NCBI GenBank assembly: GCA_052426225.1
Contig: JBNJNM010000021.1
Span: 2,356,001-2,420,000, forward strand
DNA: 64,000 nt
Reading direction: 5' to 3'
From: Zancudomyces culisetae HAW-14-8
Taxonomy: Eukaryota > Fungi > Kickxellomycota
Under the pieces are notes generated by a model that did no database searches, was not told the origin of the DNA, and worked only from the letters and a program-made list of their open reading frames with translations. Below are positions 42,931 through 53,903 of this stretch, piece after piece. Position 1 is the first letter of the stretch. Every line of letters begins with the position of its first letter. The translations under genes and the position numbers were made by a program.

Positions 42931-45916
42931 TTTGATCCTGTTTCTGTTTCTGTTCCTATTTCTTTTTTGATTCGATCTCTCTTTTCTTTTCCGCTTTTGC
43001 TCTATATTTGCCAAAACAACCCACTATCGCTTGGTTCCGACAATATGTATTCTTTTGTGGATCAATATAAAAATGGATAAAACAGGACGGATATTAAATC
43101 TTTTTTTTCTCACTCTCCACCTGTTGTAGGAGGACGCGTGAAAAACGTTTCATGTCCCATTTCCCAGTACATAACAAATCATCGTAATTACATTTTAATC
43201 TATCTTTTGCTTGTTTCCATTCTGATTTTTTTGTTTCAAGTTTGTCGCATCAAATCGAGCTTTAGAACCTGAAAGACACAGCTTCAAACTCGTCTCACTT
43301 TGTATAATTCCAAAATATCCACGTTCTAGCTTTAGCCACTGCTATGAATATGTGCCCTTTCAAACAGCAAGATCGAGTTAATTATTCATTCATATTGCGC
43401 ATAATAAAATAGCAAGGTTTTCAACAAGCTGGATCTAGAAAACCATATGGATGTTGAACAACTCTTTTCTTACTGCCTCATGCATATCTTTTTTGCATAC
43501 ACTGTATGATGTAACTATAGGTTATAAGATCTCAATCGGCTAACACATAGAGATCATTGAATAAAAGTAGCATAACTTTTAGTAAATTCTGAGTTTAAAA
43601 GTAAATTGTGTAGTGATTTCTTGTTTGACCTGGGTTCACGCAACTATGGAACACTACTTAAAATATTTGCAAGTGTCCGAGATGCTTTACCATCCAAGTT
43701 AACATCTGTATTAACATACACCTTTGCAAGTACTGTTTCAGAATTGAAAATTCTACAGTATTTGGTGATGGGAACAGTTCATTTGTTCATTATTTCCAAG
43801 CATTTGTAGATAATAATAGAGTAGAAGCTAGGCTCGAACTGCAACTTCTTAATTAATATACAGTTTTTGTCTATTTTATTTATCCTAATATGGAATTATT
43901 GGTTTAACACAATTGTACCAAACGCATTGGAGTCACAGGATACCCAAACTATGTCTTATGATGGTCGGGGAAGGGTTTATATACCTCCTAATTAAAAAAA
44001 AATGTCTTAAAAACGTGCCAGCATAAACCAACTAGATATACTGTGATTTAACTGCATTCACACGATACCTTTACTTTTAATTTTATTTTCATTAAATGCT
44101 TTTATATCTTTGCTAATTTGAGAACATTTCCTTTATACCATGAATTATGTGTTAATCAAAGTTGGGAAAAATTGTTTTCATGAACCTTGAGCGTTAAATG
44201 ACATCGATAGGCATTTATGATATTGTAATGAATTATAAATAAAATTAGTTTTTTATCATTGCTGAGTGTTTTTCTTTGTTAAATATAAAATTGTTTACAA
44301 AATAAAAGCTAAATATATTTTCCTTAAATAAGAAAAATTAAAAACCAGATCCCGATTACAACCTGCTATTCCAGCTTGCAGAAACCACCCCATTTATCAA
44401 GGGAACTTGTTTCGATCCTTTGAATATACACTATCTTTCCTTGTAAAGTATATTAGAAAAGGAGAGATTAGTTTAGCCAAATGTTCCAATCAATGGGCAA
44501 TCCCTTTCTTTTTCTTATCGTGAATTCGGAATGTGTTGATTGTATTCATTCGATTGTGCGGGTGTGCGGGTGTGCGGGTGTGTTTTTTTAATTAATTTGT
44601 TCCATGGCTCTATAACTAATACAGTAAAGCATATAAATAAAACAAATTGTAATTTTTAAATTGGGGAAAAAAAACAATTCACGAAATTAATTCATCTTTC
44701 ATTCCGGAAATTTGAATTGCCCTGTTGCGGTGTACAACACTCTCTAGCCCTGTTTATTCCCTTTTGTGCAACTGTAGTGCTATTTAAATTACATTTGTAT
44801 GAATAAATATCCTCAATAGCTACCAGAATATTGATTTTATCCAATATAAACAGATATAATGCACAAGATAATGGCCAAATAAAGTAAAAAGCCCCATAGT
44901 ACTGTAACAAACATCAAAAGGCTGTGTAGTAGAAACATTGTCCGACTTTTTAGGATGGTTAAATATCAATATAACAATCGGGGAGTTGTCCAATCTCATC
45001 GTCGAAACATAATTATAAAAAAGATAAACTCTTTTCACAAACCTATCAAAGTTAATTAACTGGACAAGCAATGGCGAGGCAAAAAAGAAAAAAAAATACT
45101 GCAATTACACTTTTGTGAACTCTTGAAATCGTGTTGATTAATTAAATATGTAATGGTATTAATTGCGGATAATAAAGTTGGATAATCCCCATCTAGCACG
45201 ATTTTCTTTGCGGTGTATTGAGACGATTAAAGGTGTAAATTAGACATGTTACATTTATTAAAAATGCCCTCTAATGGATATTACTACAGCCGCAACATAC
45301 AAACCAGCGAAGGAGGATACCATATGACAAAGTTTTTACGCTTCAGCTAAAAGTTAAACCTTTAGTTCAACTTACTTTACAAAGGAGTCCAGAAGTATAA
45401 ATACCGTTATGACTTCATGGAAAAAAAACCCCGGACAATTAAATAAAACCAAAAACAAATCACAACAACAAAAAAAAGGATAGAACAAAGAAAAGAGGCA
45501 AAGACTAGAGTAAAATCAAAAAGAAAAAGAAAAAGAAAAAGAAAAATACACAAAAAATTATAGTTATTGCGTTTATTTGATTACTGAATGGCTTTATACT
45601 AAGAAAAGCATGTAATCACCCAAGTCAACATGTAAAGAAGAAAGAAAGAAAAAAAAAGAAAAACATAATTTATATAGAAAATACACAAGGGTCCTTTGCT
45701 TTTAGTGCCCTTCATCATAAATTTAACATTTCTTTTTAACATATAACATGGTATATTTACTACCATCCTTTAATAGAAAGTTCAAAGGTGTTTATTTTTT
45801 GTTGTTGATATCCATTTCTTCATTTAGTATATACCAATCATTTTTTCATAAAAAAAAAAGGATAATTTCAAAAGGATAAAGCAGAGTTAATCGAGAAAGA
45901 TAAAGGAGGGAAAAGA

Positions 45917-46591
45917 ATGAGTACTGTTGCTGAGCATACATATGCTATTTCTAGCGCACGCAGATCAATAAGCATTGAACAAATAGTCGAGGACTCTAAA
46001 CATGAAAACGGGGAAATATTGAAAATCGTTCTTGGCGTATCGCTTTCAATGGTTGGGATACTGTTATTGCTGATGGTAGTTAGAAATTTGCTAGGTTCTA
46101 TCAATAAAAAGAGGCAGAGTACAGAAATAAGCAGGATCGTGGTGCAAAACGAATCGATATGTTTACCAAAGTATTCTGAAGGATGTGCGTCAGTAGAGCA
46201 AACGGATGATTTCTGTAATATTGATATTGCACATCAAAGCCAACTGTCCATAAATTTAACAGCAATTGAGATGGAAAAGTTCAGAGTAGTCAAGTTTAAG
46301 AGGTATTTATTCAAAGCGTCAACCTTGATAAGGTATCTAAATGAAAGTATTTTTGGAAATATTGGCGCACACAACTATTTTGAAACAAGGGGGATGAAGG
46401 ACGAACGGGGATGGTGCAAGGTTTCTGTTTGTAGCATTTGTAGGAGAAAGATAAAGCTAAATGACTACATTAGAGAAATTCCGTGTAAGCACATCTTTCA
46501 TAACGAGTGTCTGTATAATTATCTTTTGAATATTGCAAGAAACTGTCCATATTGCAATATGGATTTGAAATACGAAGCATGTAATGGCTAA
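45917..46591 (+). CDS. TM + RING-H2 E3 ubiquitin ligase-like protein
   Basis: Hydrophobic helix, LPKYS motif, CSIC..IPCKHIFHNEC..CPYC; same layout as 32822-33430. Confidence 0.85.
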   Translation: MSTVAEHTYAISSARRSISIEQIVEDSKHENGEILKIVLGVSLSMVGILLLLMVVRNLLGSINKKRQSTEISRIVVQNESICLPKYSEGCASVEQTDDFCNIDIAHQSQLSINLTAIEMEKFRVVKFKRYLFKASTLIRYLNESIFGNIGAHNYFETRGMKDERGWCKVSVCSICRRKIKLNDYIREIPCKHIFHNECLYNYLLNIARNCPYCNMDLKYEACNG

Positions 46592-47398
46592 TAAAAAAAA
46601 ACAAAGGAAAATGAAATGAGGTTGGGCTTTATCTTTTTTATGTTTTATTTTTTATTTTTTTCATTTACCAAAAGAACGGATGAGGATAACAGAAACTGTA
46701 AATATTATTATGCTTTTTTAGTCATTTTTGTATCATTTTCGAGAACCAAGGTTACTACCCCCCCTCCCCTCTTTCTCGTCTTGGATTCTCTTTTTTATGA
46801 GAAATTTATTAAATTTACCAATACTAATAGTAGATATGATCACCATTAATACCATTACGATCAATAAATACATTTATCATATAGCTTTAACATATCTACA
46901 ACTATTATTTAAAAAAAAACAACATTTTATATGAGGAAAGGAATAAATGTTGAAGAATCAAAAAAAAAAGTGTCACAAAGGACAAGATGTTTATACCAGT
47001 TAGTTGTACATTCAACTTGTTTGACTTCCAGTGTAGAACAGTAGAATAAATTTTACGCTTTAATGTAGCAAAGAACCGTCAAGTTAAAACGATCTTGGAA
47101 TTTGTTCAGTGAAGCTTGAATATATATTTTATTTGGCTGACTTTTATCTTTCTCCTCAGCGTCACTAAAACGTAAATATGCCACTAACCAATACATATTT
47201 TGAACAAATTTCGGCAAATGAATTAATTACTCGAAATTAAAACCTATAATTGAAATTGGAAAAAAAAAAAAATTAGAAAAAATAATCAAATAGATTTATC
47301 TATATACAAACCATACTTTACTATATTATTCCATTATACAACACACATTTCAAAAAAAAAAAAAAGAAACGAAGGGTGTGGATAAATTAGATGGAAAA

Positions 47399-50300
47399 AT
47401 GTCGACAATAGTTAAAGGAAAGCTCAAATCAGCACGAGCAGCAATAGGAAAAAAAGATTATGAGGAGGCCTACGAATTAAGCAAAGATATTCTGGATTGG
47501 GAATCAGAAAATTACACTGCATTGATATATCTAGGACTAGCGAGCACCAAGCTTCAAAAGTGGGGGGAGGCGGAGGGGGCGTATAAAAAGGCCATAGAAC
47601 TTGATAATACACAGCTTTTGGGTTGGCAGGGACTGAATTCCCTGTATGAAGAACAAGGAGGCCAAAACGAAAAATTGGAGGAGGTCCTGGACGAATTGAT
47701 GAGGCGATATGATGATACAAACAATGTAGGGAAAAAAGTGGAGGTTATTAGGAAGCTGCTCAAGATTTACGAGCAGAGTGGAAGGGTGCAGGAAAACATT
47801 TCTGGATTGGATGTATTGTATAAGACCCTGAAGGGAGATGCTGTTGCGTCAAGTCAGGAAGGAAAGGAAAAAGAAAAAGAAAAAGAAAAAGAAAAAGAAA
47901 AAGTCGAGTTAAGAGAAATTGCTGATGAAATCATAAAAATGGAAAGCACAAGAAGAAAAAACAAGATTGAAAGGGAAGTTAGAACGAGAAGAACGAGGCT
48001 CGGTGCACTTCCACTGAACCAGTTGCGAGAACAGGTTAGAAAAGAGGTTATGCAGGAAAATAATATTTTACAAGAATACCTAGAGGAAAGAGTAGATCGG
48101 TGTGCATTTGAGCAGCTGGATGTTGATAAGATAGACCAGACCAAGGTCTTGGCTAGTAAAGAGGAAATAGAGAAATTTGAAATGTTATTTGAGGAAATTA
48201 GTGGTAGGATCATGTATAATGTGGTTGATAAGGGGAGATTACAGGAAGAACGAAAAAAGATGAATGGATTGATAGCGCTTTTGGTTGGGAATAAAGTGTG
48301 CAGCAAGGCGCATAGGATGTACGTTGATATGATGGATTTGGAACGAGAGAAAATAGTGCCAGTACTATTGAACTATGTAGCAGAGTTTGGTAGAGGGGAT
48401 GAATTTGCAAAGGCGGCAATAGAGTACATGGATAGTGAGGTGGGGAGTGAAGACAGTCAAGAATTGGATAAAGAGGTGGCAGTTGAGGTTGAGATTGGAA
48501 TTGGGATGGGAGGAAGAGTATTTATTGAATTGTTGAAAGTAGAAAAGTTGGAGGTTAAAAAAACGCTGGATGCTAGAGATACGATAGGATTATATGAAGG
48601 AGTATTAGAGACGATAAAGGGAGTAGAAGGGTGGATTGGAAAGGAACTAAAAGAGACACAGAGCCGGGTGCGGTTGTTGAGAGGGAAAGAGATGGTAGAG
48701 ATAAAAGAGAGTGGGAAGGGGATTATGGATTTAGAGTATGTGGTAGAGAATAGTTTGGATGTAGCTCTACGTACCGAGGCGATTATTGAGATGGCAAGGA
48801 TATTTCAAGGACAGGAACGCGAATTGGAGGCTGTAAAGTTGCTTGAGGAACACAAGGCAGAGCTGGATAGACATAATGATGTCGGATGTATGGCAAAAGT
48901 AGCAGGAGAATTGGGTATGGTATATATAGAGATGAAGGAGTATGTGAAGGCAAAAGAGCAGTTGGAAGAGGCGTTAGAGATGGAACCAGCAATGATAGAT
49001 GCAAGAATTCATTTAGGAGATTTGTATTTTAGAGATAGGAATAAGAATAAGAATAGTCAAGAAAGTAGTGGAGAAGATGAGGATGAGGGTGAGGATGAGG
49101 ATGAGAAGCGAAATAGAGCATTGAGAGAGTGGGCAACAGCGGCTAAATTAGATACAACGAATGCCGAGATATTTGTAAGGTTGGGAGAGTGGTATAGAGA
49201 AGCAAAAGAGTTAGCAAAAGATATAAAAGAACAAGAAGGTCACGAACAGAGGGCATATGGATGTTATAAGCGGGCATTTCAACTAGATCCAGGAAACACA
49301 ACAGCAGCACGTTATGTGGTCGAGCGTATGCTACAGGGAGAAGAGAGTGAGGAAGATGTATTGTATGAGGCAGTAGATGTTTTGAAGAAAAGTTTAGAGA
49401 TCAACAAACGACAAGTATGGGCGTGGAGACAATTGGGAGTTCTAGAATTAAATGTTACGCACGATTATGAAGGTGCAGGAGTTTCGTTCAACAACGTGAG
49501 TCGAATTCTTGATTTTCGACAGGCTGAGATGACGGAAAGGGAGAGGAGAATGGCTGTGATTGAGGCGACGGAGGGGTTAGCAGATGCGTACTATCGACAG
49601 GAGAGATGTTTGGCGTCGTTGTTAGTAATTGAAAAACTACAGCGACTTGTTCTTGAGTATGAACAGGAATACGATAACAATGACAACAACAACAAAAATG
49701 GTGAAGGTGTGGAGGCTGATCTTGGGATGATTAGAATAACAGCAAATGTATTGCATGGAGATATTCTAATAATGTTGAGGAGAAATGAAGAAGCCTATGA
49801 CCGTTATCTGTTGGCAAAGGAAGCGGCAGTACGGCTATCAGAGTCATCTGAGAATACGATTCTTGGGAACCAAATGGTATACAAAATCGAGTTGGATATT
49901 ATTAATACTCAGTTAAAAATGGCTGTAGAAGATGGTGGCGTTGGAGGAAATATAGGCAAACTGAAGGAATATTTCCATGAGGTTATGCTGAGAATGAATC
50001 GTCTGTTGTCATCAGATATCAACAACGGACCATCGCGTCTGGCGTTGTTTGGATGTATTTACCAGGCATTTGTAGTTGCATTGGACTATAGTGGTTGTGG
50101 AATAGTCGAGTTGAACGATTTGGGATGTCTTTATTCAATTCTTTTACAGATTCTTTACGATTCGGTTGCTGGTAATACCAATGATGATCCAGTAAACATG
50201 ATAATTGAACAGGACAAACAGTTTTTGGAACTGGATGGCGATTGTGGTGATATCCGACTACGTATTCTTCAAATTCTTGAAACTGCCGCAATGCTGCTTA

Positions 50301-53300
50301 TTCAACTCTCCACTGATACCGCTATGGCTGCCTCTGGCTGGCAGTACCTAGGTGCTGCTTATTACCGTCGAATATCTTTAACTCGCGAAGTATTGTTATT
50401 ACCAACAAATATTTTCTGTCAATCAGAATCTCAATCAGAATTTCAATCTCAATCTCAATCTCAATCAACAGTCATGATGAGTGCATTCGTAGTAGATCAC
50501 AACGACAACAACAACAACAACAACAACAACAGTAATAATAATAGTAGTGATAATAGCAATGTTCTTGATTCTGCAACTGTCAGTTCGTTAGCTCTTAGTT
50601 GTCTCGAGGCTTCTCTACAACTCGACAATACCAACATTGAGGCTATGCTTTTGTTGGCACAAACAAGTATTCTAAGTGGTCATTATAAACTAGCTAAACA
50701 TAGTTACATCTCTGCTATCTATGCTCTAATGGAAAATACCACAACAATAACAACAACAACAACTACTACTACTACTAATACAACTATTACAACTGAACGA
50801 TTATGGGGAGAATTGGCGTTGTTATCTCTACTTACTGGTGAGTATCACGTAATGAAAGCATGTTTGAATACTGGATTTACAAACGAAAACTGTATTTTCT
50901 TGTTTGTAAAAGCTGTCTCTGAACTTTATTTTGTTGACATTTCCAGTACAAACAACTCTTACTCTAACTCCAACTCCAACTCCAGTCATATGGATAGAAT
51001 ACGTGAACTCAAATCTATAACTGCCTTTGAATATCTCAAACAGTGTATCCAACTTGGCGAAAAACAACTAACCATCAATGCTCTCATCTTGCTTTCTCTA
51101 CAACTTGTCTCGTGGAACCATCAAAACCTTTCTGCCATACAATCATACATTTATTTCTGTGAATTTGAGTTGAATAAAGCTATACAGCGTCTATCTCTAC
51201 CCAACAACACCCATAACAACAACAACGATAGTAATAATAGTAATAATAATAATGACTTTACAATAAATATGGGTTATTATTATGCTGTGTTATCTAATCT
51301 TTATGGTTTAATTGCTGAAATTAATCGTAATTACCACTTGTCCAAAGTTGGCTATGAAAATTGTTACCAAACTCTACAACAACAAGTTGATGAAAATGAC
51401 AGTAATGATAATGATAATGATAGCCATCAAGTCTCTACTACCTTTGCTCCTAAAAAACAATACTTTAACAGTGGTTCAATCAAATGTCTACATTACATTT
51501 TATCTCTAAATACCAATAATACCAATAATAGTCAAAAAAATGAAAATGTGTGGATTGTTTCTACTGATAAAAACATTGTCGATTTGTTTACCAACACTTT
51601 TAAGTCACAACTAATAAACGCTGGCCTAATTACCACCACCACTACAATGTCACACCAAGAGATCCAATTTCAAATCCAACTCTTTGTTTTGGCAAATTAT
51701 GCACGATCCTTACTCTACAGCCAAGAATTTGAAACCTGCATACCTCTATATGAATACTTGATAGACTACTATTTTGGCGAGTCTTTTGCTGGTAATGCCG
51801 ACAATCTTTACCGGTACTTTATTTTGTTGGATTATGCAAAGGCACAATTTTACAATAAGGATATTAAATTATCACTACAACTATACCAAAAAATAATTTC
51901 TAGCAATGATCTTGTTTCCAATACCCATGCTACCCATGACTCTGAATCTTTTGCTCTTCAATCGCTAGCATTTATCCAGAGTACTCAATGTCTGTATGCT
52001 TTGGGTAATTATGACCTGGCTTTCCAAAACATTTCTCAATTTTTACATTTGTTTTATAACCAAGATGAATATATAAACAAAATATTCTCAACAAGTACAA
52101 CAACAACAACTACAACAACTACAACAACAACAACAACAAATATAAATATAAATACAAAAACTAGGGACAATGCTCTCGTAAATATTTCCTATTTGACTAC
52201 TGGATTGATTATCCAAAACCTCTTGCTCTTATCTATGGATTTGAATCCTCTTACTTCTGATAGCAACAATCTTTACCAAAACTACTTTGACAAGTTGGCC
52301 AGTAAACTGTCGGAGTTGTTGCTAACTACTGAAGCTGCAAACAAGTCTCTTACTTTTTCGGCTCCTTCAGTTTCCCTAATTATCAACTATTTATGGACTT
52401 TAACTATTTATACCAACATCACTAATACTTCACCAGATGCAAATGCAAATGCAGATCTAGATTTAGATCTAGATCTCGCTCTTTCCTCTTATACTAATAC
52501 TAATACTAATACTAATACTAATACTAATACTGATACTGATACCAATACTGATACCAATAATAACAATACCCCAACATCTCAACTTGATGGTGCTGACCAA
52601 ACGGTACGGCTACTGTTATCTCTAATCAAAACTCTTGACGTATCCAATCCTTCCGTCTCATTGTCATCTTTATCAAAGTCTGTCTTTATAACCATCAAGT
52701 CTAAATTGGTTTCCATTACCACCAATTTCTTTAGATTCATAAACATCAAGACTCTCAATTCTTCAATTCTATCGACTTCCAGTTCAGATTTGGAACCAAC
52801 TGCGTTTCAGGTTAAGGTTATCAACTTGCTAATCATCATTCTTGCTGATATCAAATTTGTTATTCCTGTTTTACCTACTCACTACTTGCCCAATTGTACC
52901 GATACTCATAATAACATTCTTGGTGTACTTTTCAATATTGCCAATATTTGTCTGAACTACCTTGTAACTTTCCATCCCATCATTTCAACTCTGCTATCCT
53001 CTTCTATTGATTCTTCTACTGACTCTTCTACTGATTCTTCTACCCATGGAAACCCCAACAAAGTTCATATGCAATTTGTTACTACTCTTGGTCAAAATGC
53101 CCAGTTTCTTGATAGCCGTGGTATTAATGTCAGTAACAATGATAATGATAATGAAAATGGATACGTTACTTTCCGTATAGATAATTTACCCACCGACTCT
53201 AATACTGGCAGTTTTGCTAGTATTCTAGATCATTTGCTGGCTCTATTATTTGATTCTGTTACCCTTACTCCACCCGCCAGCAAAACTGATGATGAAAATT

Positions 53301-53743
53301 CCAACCCTCAACAAGATCAACAAAACTCAAACTCAAACTCAAATCCAAACCCAAAACCCACCACCACCAAGTTGATTTGGAAACCTTCGAAATACTACAT
53401 TAATCCAACCCTAAACCATCCACGTTCTTCTCTCCTTGATCCACTATCATTTCTAAATACCATCAAAAATGACAATAACAACAATAACAACAATAACAAT
53501 GATAACAATAACAATGATAACTCTAACTCTAGTGATTTTGCAGATATAAACGCTGAGGATGAAGCCGCGTCTCTACAAAAAAACTATGAACTTGCTAAAT
53601 CTCATCTTTTATCATCACCTATTCCCTCTGCAACTCTGACCACAAGCGACAAAGACAATGGTATTAATAAGGACTTTAGTTTTGATTTGGTTATTAAAAA
53701 CAAAATTAAAATTAACAACAATATAGTAAACTTTTTGTATTAA
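47399..53743 (+). CDS. SKI3: Superkiller complex TPR protein Ski3/TTC37, expanded by low-complexity inserts
   Basis: N-terminus VKGKLKSARAAIGKKDY..NYTALIYLGLA..QLLGWQGL, EREVRTRRTRLGA and AYGCYKRAFQLDP match Ski3 as recalled; many TPRs; single open frame. Confidence 0.85.
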   Translation: MSTIVKGKLKSARAAIGKKDYEEAYELSKDILDWESENYTALIYLGLASTKLQKWGEAEGAYKKAIELDNTQLLGWQGLNSLYEEQGGQNEKLEEVLDELMRRYDDTNNVGKKVEVIRKLLKIYEQSGRVQENISGLDVLYKTLKGDAVASSQEGKEKEKEKEKEKEKVELREIADEIIKMESTRRKNKIEREVRTRRTRLGALPLNQLREQVRKEVMQENNILQEYLEERVDRCAFEQLDVDKIDQTKVLASKEEIEKFEMLFEEISGRIMYNVVDKGRLQEERKKMNGLIALLVGNKVCSKAHRMYVDMMDLEREKIVPVLLNYVAEFGRGDEFAKAAIEYMDSEVGSEDSQELDKEVAVEVEIGIGMGGRVFIELLKVEKLEVKKTLDARDTIGLYEGVLETIKGVEGWIGKELKETQSRVRLLRGKEMVEIKESGKGIMDLEYVVENSLDVALRTEAIIEMARIFQGQERELEAVKLLEEHKAELDRHNDVGCMAKVAGELGMVYIEMKEYVKAKEQLEEALEMEPAMIDARIHLGDLYFRDRNKNKNSQESSGEDEDEGEDEDEKRNRALREWATAAKLDTTNAEIFVRLGEWYREAKELAKDIKEQEGHEQRAYGCYKRAFQLDPGNTTAARYVVERMLQGEESEEDVLYEAVDVLKKSLEINKRQVWAWRQLGVLELNVTHDYEGAGVSFNNVSRILDFRQAEMTERERRMAVIEATEGLADAYYRQERCLASLLVIEKLQRLVLEYEQEYDNNDNNNKNGEGVEADLGMIRITANVLHGDILIMLRRNEEAYDRYLLAKEAAVRLSESSENTILGNQMVYKIELDIINTQLKMAVEDGGVGGNIGKLKEYFHEVMLRMNRLLSSDINNGPSRLALFGCIYQAFVVALDYSGCGIVELNDLGCLYSILLQILYDSVAGNTNDDPVNMIIEQDKQFLELDGDCGDIRLRILQILETAAMLLIQLSTDTAMAASGWQYLGAAYYRRISLTREVLLLPTNIFCQSESQSEFQSQSQSQSTVMMSAFVVDHNDNNNNNNNNSNNNSSDNSNVLDSATVSSLALSCLEASLQLDNTNIEAMLLLAQTSILSGHYKLAKHSYISAIYALMENTTTITTTTTTTTTNTTITTERLWGELALLSLLTGEYHVMKACLNTGFTNENCIFLFVKAVSELYFVDISSTNNSYSNSNSNSSHMDRIRELKSITAFEYLKQCIQLGEKQLTINALILLSLQLVSWNHQNLSAIQSYIYFCEFELNKAIQRLSLPNNTHNNNNDSNNSNNNNDFTINMGYYYAVLSNLYGLIAEINRNYHLSKVGYENCYQTLQQQVDENDSNDNDNDSHQVSTTFAPKKQYFNSGSIKCLHYILSLNTNNTNNSQKNENVWIVSTDKNIVDLFTNTFKSQLINAGLITTTTTMSHQEIQFQIQLFVLANYARSLLYSQEFETCIPLYEYLIDYYFGESFAGNADNLYRYFILLDYAKAQFYNKDIKLSLQLYQKIISSNDLVSNTHATHDSESFALQSLAFIQSTQCLYALGNYDLAFQNISQFLHLFYNQDEYINKIFSTSTTTTTTTTTTTTTTNININTKTRDNALVNISYLTTGLIIQNLLLLSMDLNPLTSDSNNLYQNYFDKLASKLSELLLTTEAANKSLTFSAPSVSLIINYLWTLTIYTNITNTSPDANANADLDLDLDLALSSYTNTNTNTNTNTNTDTDTNTDTNNNNTPTSQLDGADQTVRLLLSLIKTLDVSNPSVSLSSLSKSVFITIKSKLVSITTNFFRFINIKTLNSSILSTSSSDLEPTAFQVKVINLLIIILADIKFVIPVLPTHYLPNCTDTHNNILGVLFNIANICLNYLVTFHPIISTLLSSSIDSSTDSSTDSSTHGNPNKVHMQFVTTLGQNAQFLDSRGINVSNNDNDNENGYVTFRIDNLPTDSNTGSFASILDHLLALLFDSVTLTPPASKTDDENSNPQQDQQNSNSNSNPNPKPTTTKLIWKPSKYYINPTLNHPRSSLLDPLSFLNTIKNDNNNNNNNNNDNNNNDNSNSSDFADINAEDEAASLQKNYELAKSHLLSSPIPSATLTTSDKDNGINKDFSFDLVIKNKIKINNNIVNFLY

Positions 53744-53903
53744 CAAAATATATATATATAAAGATACCACCACCACCACCACCACTACCATTATTATTAT
53801 TACTATTATTATTATTATTATAACCATTTGTATTCCCAACTTTTTTTTTCTTTTCTTTTTTATTAGCATAATAAAAGTTAATCGGATATAGTTATAAAAG
53901 TTT

